A stretch of DNA of 63,509 nt, counting the filler, from Pirum gemmata (lineage: Eukaryota): NCBI GenBank assembly GCA_002812295.1. It is 16 parts of 16 records of this genome, joined end to end, with 100 filler letters (N's around TTAATTAATTAA, not from the genome) between each part and the next. Parts side by side here need not be neighbours in the genome. Positions count along the whole stretch, not along the records: positions 59,590 to 63,509 come from PDIN01001758.1; 15 more parts are not named here. One strand, written 5' to 3'. Each line of letters opens with the position of its first letter. The stretch's first letter is position 1. This document shows, piece after piece, positions 63,307-63,509 of the stretch. The position numbers and the translations under genes were made by a program. Under the pieces are notes generated by a model that had not been told where the DNA came from, made no database searches, and saw nothing but the letters and a program-made list of their open reading frames with translations.

Positions 63307-63509
63307 GTAAGTATTATTATTATTATTTATTATTTATTATTTATTATTGTTTATTTATTATTTATTATTTATTTTTACTTATTATTATTTATTATTATTA
63401 TTATTTATTATTTATTATTATTATGTACTAATGTTTATTATCATTTTTATTTATTATTATTACTTATTGTTATTTATTATTACTATTATATATTTTTATT
63501 TATTTCTAT

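Overview
This is not one locus. It is 16 unrelated ~3.7-3.9 kb contigs of a very AT-rich, intron-rich eukaryote, joined by an artificial 100-nt linker (44 N + TTAATTAATTAA + 44 N). Most ORF-track entries are microsatellite read-throughs. Translating by hand between GT-AG sites recovered genes the track missed. Host genes: (1) the last exon of a TEAD/Scalloped transcription factor (end of the YAP-binding domain) with an unusual Pro/His-rich extension containing a PPxY motif; (2) the last two exons of a bacterial-type iron-containing alcohol dehydrogenase; (3) seven exons of a probable BEACH/NBEAL-like protein; (4) the first three exons of an ABCG transporter; (5) a large disordered protein and an intronless LRR protein. 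TEAD with a YAP-binding domain, TTAGGG repeats and dense introns suggest a holozoan, possibly unicellular (inference). Foreign or mobile DNA: a virus-like contig (35714-39634) with a frameshifted poxvirus A16/G9/J5-type entry-fusion gene and origin-like repeat arrays, a spliced stand-alone GIY-YIG nuclease exon, a decayed giant-virus-type zinc-finger gene, a Crypton-type tyrosine recombinase remnant, a truncated Ty1/copia element, several MITE families, satellites and many interstitial telomeric tracts. All family assignments come from recalled motifs, not database searches, and need HMM/BLAST confirmation.
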